Source: Burkholderiales bacterium
GTDB taxonomy: Bacteria > Pseudomonadota > Gammaproteobacteria > Burkholderiales > SG8-41
NCBI GenBank assembly: GCA_019751125.1
Contig: JAIENU010000083.1
Span: 12,621-76,620, forward strand
DNA: 64,000 nt
Direction: 5' to 3'
The notes below the pieces were generated by a model. The model did no database searches. It was not told where the DNA came from and worked only from the letters and a program-made list of their open reading frames with translations. The position numbers and the translations under genes were made by a program. Shown one piece after another: positions 1 through 8,939 of this stretch. The first letter of the stretch is position 1, and the number at the start of each line of letters is the position of its first letter.

Positions 1-443
1 CAGGCCATCGTGCCGGCAAAACGGATCGGTTTGCCGGTGGAGCCCGAGGTGCTGCTCTCGATGATCTTCCCGTGGTCGGCCGGCACCCGGGTTGAACGCA
101 GCGCCGCATAGTGCTGCTGGATATCTTCCCGCCGCAGCAGCGGCAGCCTGGAGAAGCTCGCGGCGTCCATCGGACCGTCGAGATCAAAGCCCGCGTAACG
201 CTCGCGGTAAAAAGTCACGGTGTCACGTGCATGGCGCAGCAGCAGTTCGATCTGGCTGAACTGGGCGGCGGCGATTTGCGCCGGGGTCCAGCGTTCGCTT
301 TGTGCGAACTGGAACTGCATCGCCAGCATGCGCTGACCCGCCATTACAGGCAGGCCCGGCCAGAGTGCGCCGGGCAGGGCACTGAGCGGCGTCGCGAGAT
401 GGGCCAGGCCCTGCTGCAGGATGTCAAAGCGTGTGGATTGCAC
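1..443 (-). CDS. Adenylate-forming enzyme, PaaK / coenzyme-F390-synthetase-like family (5' part only; gene continues past the left edge)
   Basis: Absent from the ORF track because no stop lies in the window. My manual minus-strand translation is open from the stop at 474-476 down to position 3: '..QSTRFDILQQGLAHLATPLSALPGALWPGLPVMAGQRMLAMQFQFAQSERWTPAQIAAAQFSQIELLLRHARDTVTFYRERYAGFDLDGPMDAASFSRLPLLRREDIQQHYAALRSTRVPADHGKIIESSTSGSTGKPIRFAGTMA'. 'TSGSTGKP' matches the AMP-binding loop of PaaK-type ligases. The start is either GTG 441-443 or ATG 342-344. Confidence 0.55.
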   Translation of the reverse strand, partial: MQSTRFDILQQGLAHLATPLSALPGALWPGLPVMAGQRMLAMQFQFAQSERWTPAQIAAAQFSQIELLLRHARDTVTFYRERYAGFDLDGPMDAASFSRLPLLRREDIQQHYAALRSTRVPADHGKIIESSTSGSTGKPIRFAGTMA

Positions 444-485
444 GATGGGGGCGATGCCGGCGGAAGCGGCTGATTATAATGAAGC

Positions 486-1490
486 ATGCCCACCCCGACC
501 CGGATCGCCCTGCACTTGCGCCTCTTCATCGCCGGTGCACTCGCCATCGGCAGCGGCAACATCGCGGCGCAGGCTCCGGAATGGCGGCCGAACCGCGCCA
601 TCGAATTAGTGGTCCCGGCCGCCGCCGGTGGCGGGCCGGACACGCTGGCGCGGCTGATCCAGCGCATCGCCAGCGAAGAAAAACTGATCACCGCCACCAT
701 CGTCGTCAACAACAAGCCTGGCGGCAACCACACCCTGGCGTGGAACCACCTGCAGCAGTCACCCGGCGATGGCCACGTATTGATGATGGCCTCGCTCGGG
801 CTGCTTGCAAGCAGCCTGACCGGCGGCAACAGCATCGACTACAGCGAAGGCACGCTGGTTGCGCAGCTCTTCAGCGAGCCGATCGTGTTTGTCACCCACG
901 CTGAATCCGGCATCGGCAACGCGCGCGAACTGGCACAGCGCCTGCGCAGCGACAGCGCCTCGGTCACCTTCGCCACCGGCGGCGACGGCGCCGGCGGCGC
1001 CAACCACCTCGCGGTGGCGCAGGCAGTGCGCGCCGCAGGCGGAAACCTGAAAAGGCTGCGTGTGGTGCAGTACCAATCCTCGCAGCAGGCAACCAGCGCG
1101 CTGCTCGGACGCCACGTCGAAGTGATCGCCTCGCCACTGGCGCCGGTGCTGCAGCATGTGCAGGCCGGCAGCCTGCGCATCCTCGCGGTCAGCGCCGCAG
1201 CGCGGCTGCCGGCCGTGGCCGGCACGCCGACCTGGCGTGAATCGGGGGTGGATGCCGTGTTCAGCAATGTTCGCGGTGTCATCGGCCCGCGCGGCCTTGC
1301 CGAACCCCAGATCCGCCACTGGGAACAGACATTCGCCAGACTGGCCGCCAGCGAGGCCTGGCAGAAAAGCCTGCAGTCCGGCAGCCGCAGTGCCGCCTAT
1401 CTTGATGCCACGGCCGCGGCGCGGGCCTGGAAGGCGCTCAACCTGGAGCTGCAGTTGCTGCTCGACGAGCTCGGGTTGCTTAAAAAATAA
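486..1490 (+). CDS. Bug-family (TctC-like) periplasmic tripartite tricarboxylate-transporter solute receptor
   Basis: 334 aa with a signal peptide ('LFIAGALAIGSGNIAAQA'). Typical Bug signatures are 'ELVVPAAAGGGPD', 'VVNNKPGGN' and 'SVTFATGG'. It is paralogous to the ORFs at 30997, 37754 and 49307. Confidence 0.85.
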   Translation: MPTPTRIALHLRLFIAGALAIGSGNIAAQAPEWRPNRAIELVVPAAAGGGPDTLARLIQRIASEEKLITATIVVNNKPGGNHTLAWNHLQQSPGDGHVLMMASLGLLASSLTGGNSIDYSEGTLVAQLFSEPIVFVTHAESGIGNARELAQRLRSDSASVTFATGGDGAGGANHLAVAQAVRAAGGNLKRLRVVQYQSSQQATSALLGRHVEVIASPLAPVLQHVQAGSLRILAVSAAARLPAVAGTPTWRESGVDAVFSNVRGVIGPRGLAEPQIRHWEQTFARLAASEAWQKSLQSGSRSAAYLDATAAARAWKALNLELQLLLDELGLLKK

Positions 1491-1522
1491 GCAATTCCAC
1501 CCATGGCCGGTGATGGCTCCGT

Positions 1523-3769
1523 TCAGCCATCGCGCACGCAATCAACGAAGTAGCGCAGATCGCCATGACTGGTGTCCGACACCAGCCCGTGGATGTCGGT
1601 ATCAAAACCCGGGAACTGCCGGTTGAACTCGCGCGCGAACTGCAGGTAGCGCACGATGGTCTTGTTGAAGCGCTCGCCCGGGATCAGCAGCGGAATGCCC
1701 GGCGGATACGGTGTCAGCAGCACGCTGGTGACGCGACCCTCAAGCTGGTCGTCGATGTTGACGCGCTCAATCTTGCGGTGGGCCATGCGCGCCCAGGCCT
1801 CGCCCGGCGGCATTGCCGGCTGCATGTCCGACAGGTACATCTCGGTGGTCAGCCGCGCCACGTCGTTGGCCTTGTAGACGCCGTGAATCTGCTCGCAGAG
1901 GTCCTTCAGGCCGATCTTCTCGTAACGGGGATGCTGGGTCAGGAACTCCGGCAGCACGCGCCACAGCGGACGGTTGTTGTCGTAGTCATCCTTGAACTGC
2001 TGCAGTTCAGTGACCATCGTGTTCCAGCGGCCCTTGGTGATGCCGATGGTGAACATGATGAAAAAGGAATACAGGCCGGTCTTCTCGACGATGATGCCGT
2101 GCTCGGCGAGGTACTTGGTCACCACCGCCGCCGGAATGCCGCTTTTCGCGAACTTGCCGGTGACGTCCAGCCCCGGGGTGATCACGGTGGCCTTGATCGG
2201 GTCGAGCATGTTGAAGCCCGGCGCGAGGTTGCCGAAGCCGTGCCAGCGCTCCGAAGGCCGCAGCATCCAGTCGTCGCGGTTGCCCACGCCCTCGGCCGAG
2301 AGCCGCTCGGGTCCCCAGACCTTGAACCACCAGTCCTTGCCGAATTCGGCATCGACCTTGCGCATCGCGCGGCGGAAATCCAGCGCCTCGGTGATCGATT
2401 CCTCGACCAGCGCGGTGCCGCCGGGCGGCTCCATCATCGCCGCGGCGACGTCGCAGGAGGCGATGATCGCGTATTGCGGCGAGGTCGATGTGTGCATCAG
2501 GTACGCTTCGTTGAAGGTGTCGTAGTCGAGTTTCCGGGTCTCGCTGTCCTGCACCAGGATCTGCGAGGCCTGCGACAGGCCGGCGAGCAGCTTGTGCGTG
2601 GACTGCGTCGAGAACACCATCGACTCCCTGGTGCGCGGCCGGTCGCGGCCGATGGCATGCATGCCGTGGTAGAACTTGTGGAAGGTCGCGTGCGGCAGCC
2701 AGGCCTCGTCGAAATGCAGCGTGTCGATCCTGCCGTCGAGCATTTCCTTGATGGTGTCGACGTTGTAGAGGATGCCGTCGTAGGTGCTCTGGGTGATGGT
2801 CAGGATGCGCGGCTTCGAGGTCGATTTCGCGGCAAAGGGGTTGGCGCGGATCTTTTTCTCGATGTTCTCCCAGCGGAATTCCTCGAGCGGGATCGGGCCG
2901 ATGATGCCGAAGTGGTTGCGCGTCGGCGTCAGGAACACCGGCACCGCGCCGGTCATGGTGATCGCGTGCAGGATCGACTTGTGGCAGTTGCGGTCGACGA
3001 TGACCACGTCACCGGGCGCCACCGTCGAGTGCCACACCATCTTGTTCGAGGTCGAAGTGCCGTTGGTGACGAAGAACAGGTGGTCGGAATTGAAAATGCG
3101 CGCGGCGTTGCGCTCTGAGGCCGCCACCGGGCCGGAGTGGTCGAGCAGCTGGCCGAGCTCGTCCACCGCGTTGCAGACGTCGGCGCGCAGCATGTTCTCG
3201 CCGAAGAACTGGTGGAACATCTGGCCGACCGGGCTTTTCAGGAAGGCGACGCCGCCGGAGTGGCCCGGGCAGTGCCAGGAGTAGGAACCGTCCTGCGCGT
3301 AATGGGTCAGCGCCCGGAAAAACGGCGGCGCGAGGCTTTCGGTATAGGCCTTCGACTCGCGCACGATGTAGCGCGCAACGAACTCCGGCGTGTCCTCGAA
3401 CATGTGAATGAAGCCGTGCAGCTCGCGCAAGACATCATTTGGAATATGCCGCGAGGTCTGGGTTTCGCCATAGAGGAAGATCGGGATCTCGGCATTGCGG
3501 AAGCGGATCGCCTTGACGAAGGTGCGCAGCTCGCTGATGGTCGACTCCAGCTCCTGCACCGCGAAGTCATCGTCGTCCACCGACAGGATGAACGCCGAGG
3601 CGCGCGACTGCTGCTGGGCGAAGGATGAGAGGTCACCGTAGCTGGTGACGCCGAGCACCTCCATGCCCTCGTCCTCGATGGCCTTGGCCAGCGCGCGGAT
3701 GCCCAGCCCGCTGGCATTTTCCGAGCGGAAGTCCTCGTCGATGATGATGACCGGAAAGCGGAAGCGCAT
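1523..3769 (-). CDS. Orn/Lys/Arg decarboxylase, large fold-type-I PLP enzyme with N-terminal wing domain
   Basis: 748 aa. The N-terminal wing domain reads 'MRFRFPVIIIDEDFRSENASGLGIRALAKAIE'. The PLP-lysine motif is 'STQSTHKLLAG'. Length and layout match the AdiA/LdcC/SpeC-type family; substrate is not assignable by eye. Confidence 0.88.
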   Translation of the reverse strand: MRFRFPVIIIDEDFRSENASGLGIRALAKAIEDEGMEVLGVTSYGDLSSFAQQQSRASAFILSVDDDDFAVQELESTISELRTFVKAIRFRNAEIPIFLYGETQTSRHIPNDVLRELHGFIHMFEDTPEFVARYIVRESKAYTESLAPPFFRALTHYAQDGSYSWHCPGHSGGVAFLKSPVGQMFHQFFGENMLRADVCNAVDELGQLLDHSGPVAASERNAARIFNSDHLFFVTNGTSTSNKMVWHSTVAPGDVVIVDRNCHKSILHAITMTGAVPVFLTPTRNHFGIIGPIPLEEFRWENIEKKIRANPFAAKSTSKPRILTITQSTYDGILYNVDTIKEMLDGRIDTLHFDEAWLPHATFHKFYHGMHAIGRDRPRTRESMVFSTQSTHKLLAGLSQASQILVQDSETRKLDYDTFNEAYLMHTSTSPQYAIIASCDVAAAMMEPPGGTALVEESITEALDFRRAMRKVDAEFGKDWWFKVWGPERLSAEGVGNRDDWMLRPSERWHGFGNLAPGFNMLDPIKATVITPGLDVTGKFAKSGIPAAVVTKYLAEHGIIVEKTGLYSFFIMFTIGITKGRWNTMVTELQQFKDDYDNNRPLWRVLPEFLTQHPRYEKIGLKDLCEQIHGVYKANDVARLTTEMYLSDMQPAMPPGEAWARMAHRKIERVNIDDQLEGRVTSVLLTPYPPGIPLLIPGERFNKTIVRYLQFAREFNRQFPGFDTDIHGLVSDTSHGDLRYFVDCVRDG

Positions 3770-4029
3770 AACAGACCTCGGCGAAGTCGCAGACTAGTAA
3801 ATGGAAAAGGGGATCAGCGGAATAAGGCCCGGGGCGGGTTCAGGGTCGGATTGGACGCTGGACACGCGCGCTGCCGCGCCGCCCGCTCAAGGTCGGTACT
3901 GCGGAGCAATGCTGCGCCGCTTCGGCGCAAGGGGCAGGACTCGGTGGGCGGGCTGGCTTGGACACGGGCCGTATCTTAGCGCCGATGTCCGCCGCTTCGG
4001 AAGGATTTTGCCGGGAATCCCGCGGAGTA

Positions 4030-5127
4030 TTACGTGTTTTTTACAACGATCTTGGGGAAGGCCGCCGAGTGGTCTTGCTGCTTCTCGGCAATCTTCACCG
4101 CCACGCGGCGGGCAATCTGGCGGTAGATCTCGGACACCCGGCCGTCCGGGTCGGCGACCACTGTCGGCTTGCCCGAGTCGGCCTGGCGGCGGATGCCGAT
4201 GTCCAGCGGCAGCGAGCCGAGCATCTCGACCTTGTAGTCGGCGCCCATTTTCGAGCCGCCGCCTTCGCCGAAGATGTGCTCCTCGTGGCCGCACTTGGAG
4301 CAGATGTGGGTGGACATGTTCTCGACGATGCCGAGGATGGGGATACCCACCTTCTCGAACATCTTCAGGCCCTTGCGCGCGTCGATCAGCGCAATGTCCT
4401 GCGGCGTGGTGACGATCACCGCACCCGTGACCGGCACACGCTGCGCCAGCGTGAGCTGGATGTCGCCGGTGCCCGGCGGCAGATCCACCACCAGGTAATC
4501 GACATCGCGCCACTTGGTCTCGTTGAGCAGCTGCTCCAGTGCCTGGGTGACCATCGGGCCGCGCCACACCATCGGCGTTTCGGTGTCGATCAGGAAACCG
4601 ATCGACATCGCCTGCAGGCCGTGGCCTTCCATCGGCTGCAGGGATTTGCCGTCATCCGAAGTCGGCCGGCCGCTGATGCCCAGCATCATCGGCTGCGAAG
4701 GGCCGTAGATGTCGGCGTCGAGCACGCCGACCGTGGCGCCTTCGGCGGCCAGCGCCAGCGCCAGGTTCACCGCGGTGGTGCTTTTGCCGACACCACCCTT
4801 CCCGGAGGCGACGGCGATGATGTTCTTCACGCCGGGAATCAGCTTCACGCCGCGCTGCACGGCATGCGAGACGATCTTCATCGTCACATTGACGCTGACA
4901 CTGCCCACGCCGGGCAGCGCCTTCAGCGCATCGCCGACCTGTTTGCGGATCGGCTCGAGCTGGCTTTTCGCCGGGTAGCCGAGCAGGATGTCGACCGAGA
5001 CGTTGTTGCCGTCGACCTTGATGTTCTTTGCGGCCTTGCCGCTGACAAAGTCGGTTTTGGTGTTGGGGTCGATCAGCGCCTTCAGTGCGCCCTGAACGTC
5101 CTGCTCGGTGATCTGCGTGGTTGCCAT
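4030..5127 (-). CDS. apbC: Mrp/ApbC-type Fe-S cluster carrier ATPase
   Basis: The deviant Walker A is 'ASGKGGVGKSTTAVNLA' and the CxxC motif is 'HICSKCGHEE'. The N-terminal part resembles a DUF59-like domain ('ITEQDVQGALKALIDPN'). I moved the start to ATG 5125-5127 (MATTQ..); the 5253 start in the track adds 42 non-homologous residues. Confidence 0.9.
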   Translation of the reverse strand: MATTQITEQDVQGALKALIDPNTKTDFVSGKAAKNIKVDGNNVSVDILLGYPAKSQLEPIRKQVGDALKALPGVGSVSVNVTMKIVSHAVQRGVKLIPGVKNIIAVASGKGGVGKSTTAVNLALALAAEGATVGVLDADIYGPSQPMMLGISGRPTSDDGKSLQPMEGHGLQAMSIGFLIDTETPMVWRGPMVTQALEQLLNETKWRDVDYLVVDLPPGTGDIQLTLAQRVPVTGAVIVTTPQDIALIDARKGLKMFEKVGIPILGIVENMSTHICSKCGHEEHIFGEGGGSKMGADYKVEMLGSLPLDIGIRRQADSGKPTVVADPDGRVSEIYRQIARRVAVKIAEKQQDHSAAFPKIVVKNT

Positions 5128-5295
5128 GTTGCGGGGTCCGTTTTTGATGCCGGGTGTAATGTCAAAGTAAAACGCGCCGGAAGGCGGCGATTGTAGCGAC
5201 AACGGGGAGGCCGACCAACCACAAGTCCATGTCGGATAAAGGCTTTCCGGCACACGTCATGGACAGCCGCAGCACTCAGGCCGCAGGGAAATCAT

Positions 5296-5304
5296 TGTTA
5301 TAAT
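5296..5304 (+). promoter_or_regulatory. Candidate extended -10 promoter element (TGTTATAAT) for metG
   Basis: A perfect TGnTATAAT lies 37 nt upstream of the metG ATG, in the apbC-metG divergent intergenic region. No good -35 element is present, which is acceptable for extended -10 promoters. Confidence 0.45.
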
Positions 5305-5340
5305 TCAATCCTTTAGCAACACTCCCCGCCCTCCCTCGCA

Positions 5341-7458
5341 ATGACCCGCCGCATCCTCGTCACCTCTGCCCTGCCGTATGCCAACGGCGCCATCCACCTC
5401 GGACACCTGGTGGAGTACATCCAGACCGACATCTGGGTGCGTTTCCAGCGCATGCAGGGCCATGAAGTCCACTACGTCGGGGCCGACGACACCCACGGCA
5501 CGCCGATCATGCTGCGCGCCGACAGTGAAGGCATCACGCCGGAGCAGCTGATCGAGCGCGTGTGGAAGGAACACGACCGCGACTTCAGGAGCTTCAGCGT
5601 CGGGTTCGACAATTTCTACACCACCAACTCGCCGGAAAACGAAGCGCTGTGCTCGGAGATCTACGGCAAGCTCAAGGCCGCCGGGCTGATCGCCACGCGC
5701 TCGGTCGAGCAGTTCTACGACCCGGTGAAGCAGATGTTCCTGCCCGACCGCTATATCAAGGGCGAATGCCCGAAATGCGGCGCGAAGGACCAGTACGGCG
5801 ACTCCTGCGAAGTCTGCGGCGCCACCTACTCGCCGATTGAACTGAAGAACCCCTACTCCACGGTCTCCGGCGCCAAGCCCGAACGCCGGCAGTCCGAGCA
5901 CTACTTCTTCAAGCTCTCCGATCCGCGCTGCGAAGCCTTTCTGCGCGAATTCACCCAAAGCGGCGAGCGCCTGCAATCCGAAGCCGCCAACAAGATGAAG
6001 GAATGGCTGGGTGCCGAAGGTGAAGGCAAACTCTCCGACTGGGACATCTCGCGCGACGCGCCGTACTTCGGCTTTGCGATTCCCGGCACCGACGGCAAGA
6101 AATTCTTCTACGTCTGGCTGGATGCGCCGGTGGGTTACTTCGGCAGCTTCCTGAATTACGTCAAAAAACAGCAGGCCGCCGGCAAGACCATCAACGCCGA
6201 CGACTTCCTGAAAAGTGACAACACCGAGCTGGTGCATTTCATCGGCAAGGACATCCTCTACTTCCACGCGCTGTTCTGGCCGGCCATGCTCAAACATGCC
6301 GGCTACCGCACACCGTCGAAGATCTACGCCCACGGATTCCTCACCGTGAACGGCGAAAAGATGTCCAAGTCGCGCGGCACCTTCATCACCGCCGAAAGCT
6401 ACACCCAGCAGGGCCTGAATCCGGAATGGCTGCGCTACTACTACGCCGCCAAGCTGAACTCGACGATGGAGGACATCGACCTCAATCTTGAGGACTTTGT
6501 GGCGCGGGTGAACAGTGATCTGGTGGGTAAATATATAAACATCGCGAGCCGTTGCGCGGGATTTATTACCCGAAATGGCGGAAATATCGTACTCCACAAC
6601 AAATATTTTAACTACGGCGCAACCGATCGGGGATTAAACCCCGAATATTTGCCAGGCGCGTTTTCAGCAAAAGCTAGCGCCATACAAATGCTTTATAACC
6701 GGCGAGAATTTGGTAAAGCCATGAGAGAAATCATGGCTCTTGCTGATGAAGCAAATCAATTTGTAGCAGAAACAAAACCGTGGGAACTCGCAAAACTACC
6801 AGAGCGCAAAGAACAGTTAATCGAGGTCTGCTCTGTAGCTTTAAATTTGTTCCGGAGCTTGACGATTTACCTCAAACCGGTTCTTCCAGAAACCGCAAAA
6901 AAAGTTGAGGGCCTATTGGGAATCCCCTCTATGCGATGGGTGGATGTCCATAAACCCTTGCACAACCATCCTATTGGCGAATACAAGCACCTGATGACCC
7001 GCGTCGACCCCAAACAAATCGAAGCCCTCGTCGCTGCGAACAGGGAAAGCCTCAAACCCGCAGCGCCTGCCGCCAAGCCCGCAGCCGCCAAAGCCCCGGA
7101 GAACAAAGTGGAAACCGTGACCGAACCCGCACACATCTCGATCGACGATTTCTCGAAGATCGACCTGCGCATCGCGCGCATCGCCAATGCCGAACATGTC
7201 GAAGGCGCGGACAAGCTGCTGAAGCTGACGCTGGACGTCGGCGCGCTGGGTACCAAACAGGTCTTCGCCGGCATCAAGTCGGCCTACGACCCGGCGACGC
7301 TGGTCGGCCGGCTGACGGTGATGGTCGCCAATCTCGCGCCGCGCAAGATGAAGTTCGGCATGTCCGAGGGCATGGTGCTCGCCGCCAGCGGCGACGCGCC
7401 GGGGCTCTACATCCTGTCGCCCGACTCCGGCGCGCAGCCGGGGATGCGCGTCAAATAA
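5341..7458 (+). CDS. metG: Methionyl-tRNA synthetase with C-terminal Trbp111/EMAPII-like tRNA-binding domain
   Basis: The HIGH motif is '[14 protein letters not shown]' and the KMSKS motif is 'GEKMSKSRG'. Zinc knuckles read '[18 protein letters not shown]'. The C-terminal OB-fold tail begins '[32 protein letters not shown]'. Confidence 0.97.
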   Translation: MTRRILVTSALPYANGAIHLGHLVEYIQTDIWVRFQRMQGHEVHYVGADDTHGTPIMLRADSEGITPEQLIERVWKEHDRDFRSFSVGFDNFYTTNSPENEALCSEIYGKLKAAGLIATRSVEQFYDPVKQMFLPDRYIKGECPKCGAKDQYGDSCEVCGATYSPIELKNPYSTVSGAKPERRQSEHYFFKLSDPRCEAFLREFTQSGERLQSEAANKMKEWLGAEGEGKLSDWDISRDAPYFGFAIPGTDGKKFFYVWLDAPVGYFGSFLNYVKKQQAAGKTINADDFLKSDNTELVHFIGKDILYFHALFWPAMLKHAGYRTPSKIYAHGFLTVNGEKMSKSRGTFITAESYTQQGLNPEWLRYYYAAKLNSTMEDIDLNLEDFVARVNSDLVGKYINIASRCAGFITRNGGNIVLHNKYFNYGATDRGLNPEYLPGAFSAKASAIQMLYNRREFGKAMREIMALADEANQFVAETKPWELAKLPERKEQLIEVCSVALNLFRSLTIYLKPVLPETAKKVEGLLGIPSMRWVDVHKPLHNHPIGEYKHLMTRVDPKQIEALVAANRESLKPAAPAAKPAAAKAPENKVETVTEPAHISIDDFSKIDLRIARIANAEHVEGADKLLKLTLDVGALGTKQVFAGIKSAYDPATLVGRLTVMVANLAPRKMKFGMSEGMVLAASGDAPGLYILSPDSGAQPGMRVK

Positions 7459-7479
7459 GCCGGATTTCACGGCAGCGCC

Positions 7480-8499
7480 ATGAGCGCCACCCGCAACTTC
7501 ATCTGCAGCATCGTCTTCATCGACGTCGTCGAGTTCTCGAAGAAGTCGGTGGCAGACCAGATGCGGATCAAGGACGAGCTCAACCGGCTGCTGGCGCAGG
7601 CACTGAAGGATGTGCCGACCAAGGACCGCATCATCCTCGACACCGGTGACGGCGCGGCGGTGAGTTTTCTCGGCGACCCCGAGGAAGGCCTCTATCTGGG
7701 CCTCGCGCTGCGCGACGCGGTTGCCGCCGGCTCGGCACTCAGGCTGCGCACCGGCATCAATCTCGGCCCGGTGCGGCTGGTCAAGGACATCAACAACCAG
7801 CCCAACATCATCGGTGACGGCATCAATGTCGCGCAGCGTGTGATGAGTTTTGCCGAAACCGGCCAGGTGCTGGTGTCGCGCTCCTACTACGAGGTGGTTT
7901 CGGCACTGTCGTCGGATTACGCGAAGCTGTTCAGCTACGGCGGTCCGCGCACCGACAAGCATGTGCGCGAACACGAGGTCTATGTGCTGGGCGATCTGCC
8001 CACGCCGCAGCGCGCGCCGCGTGAAAAATCCGCGCATGCCGCGGCCTTCGAAAAACTCGGCAACACCGCCTCGACCGCGCGCCACGGCGTGATGCGCCGG
8101 CCCAAGCTGGCGACGGCGCTGACCGTGATCCTGATCCTGCTGGTCGCGGTATGGATACGGCTGACCTTCCGCGAGGACGCCGGGCTCGACCTGATCACGG
8201 AATCACCACAGGCTGAAACCCAGTACACCGCGCCGCCCAAGGCAAAACCCGCGCGAAAAGCCGAAGCCCCACAACCTGAACCGGCCACCACCACCGGCAC
8301 GGTGCGCCTGAACGTGCTGCCCTGGGGCGAGATCTACATCGACGGCCGCAAATTCGGCGTCTCCCCGCCGTTGCGCGATATCGCGCTGAAGCCCGGCCAG
8401 CACCGCATCGAAATCCGCAATCCGGGCTTTGCCTCCTATGTGCAGCTGGTCGAGGTCCGGGCCGGCGAAGAGATTAGAATCCGGCATCGCTTTCAATAA
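7480..8499 (+). CDS. Membrane-anchored class III nucleotidyl-cyclase-homology protein with C-terminal PEGA-like domain
   Basis: The N-terminal part is cyclase-like: 'FIDVVEFS', 'DTGDGAAVSF' and 'GINLGPVRLV..IIGDGINVAQRVMSFA'. One TM helix ('LATALTVILILLVAVWIRL') follows. The C-terminal beta domain, 'GTVRLNVLPWGEIYIDGRKFGVSP..IALKPGQHRIEIRNPGF', is typical of PEGA. Confidence 0.6.
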   Translation: MSATRNFICSIVFIDVVEFSKKSVADQMRIKDELNRLLAQALKDVPTKDRIILDTGDGAAVSFLGDPEEGLYLGLALRDAVAAGSALRLRTGINLGPVRLVKDINNQPNIIGDGINVAQRVMSFAETGQVLVSRSYYEVVSALSSDYAKLFSYGGPRTDKHVREHEVYVLGDLPTPQRAPREKSAHAAAFEKLGNTASTARHGVMRRPKLATALTVILILLVAVWIRLTFREDAGLDLITESPQAETQYTAPPKAKPARKAEAPQPEPATTTGTVRLNVLPWGEIYIDGRKFGVSPPLRDIALKPGQHRIEIRNPGFASYVQLVEVRAGEEIRIRHRFQ

Positions 8500-8507
8500 G
8501 GGCCGCC

Positions 8508-8933
8508 ATGCGCAAGCTCGCCATCATGCTGATGCTGCTGCCGCTGCTGACCGGTTGCGAAACCGTGCAAAAAGGCATGAAGAACGTCACCGACGCGCTC
8601 GATTTCGACAAGCAGCGCGACAAGGCGCAGGAAAACCAGCTGGCGATCGCCGAGGCGCGGCTGAAGGCCGGCATCGCCCAGTACGAACAGGGCAATTACG
8701 CGCAGGCCCAGCGCACATTGCAGTCGGCGCTGGTCAACGGCCTCAGCCAGCGCAGCGACCAGGCACGCGCCTACAAATACCTCGCCTTCATTTATTGCGC
8801 CACCGATCGCATCCCGCAGTGCCGCCAGGAATTCGGCAACGCACTGACCGCTGATCCCGGATTCAACCTGACGCCGGCCGAAGCCGGACATCCGACCTGG
8901 GGGCCGGTGTTCCGCAGCGTGCGCGGACGCTGA
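8508..8933 (+). CDS. Small lipoprotein with TPR-like helical region
   Basis: The lipobox is 'LLPLLTGC'. The helical repeat-like core is 'AGIAQYEQGNYAQAQRTLQSAL..ARAYKYLAFIYCATDR'. The conserved-looking C-terminus is 'PAEAGHPTWGPVFRSV'. The gene lies 8 nt after the cyclase/PEGA gene. Confidence 0.6.
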   Translation: MRKLAIMLMLLPLLTGCETVQKGMKNVTDALDFDKQRDKAQENQLAIAEARLKAGIAQYEQGNYAQAQRTLQSALVNGLSQRSDQARAYKYLAFIYCATDRIPQCRQEFGNALTADPGFNLTPAEAGHPTWGPVFRSVRGR

Positions 8934-8939
8934 ACACGG

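Noticed and set aside
3770-4029. A 260-nt non-coding gap with two 'cttcgg'-containing mini-hairpins; considered as a small structured RNA.
   Set aside because: The stems are only 3-5 bp. There is no flanking promoter/terminator pair and no resemblance to any RNA family I know (tRNA, 6S, SRP, tmRNA, RNase P). This is most simply the promoter/leader region of the decarboxylase gene.
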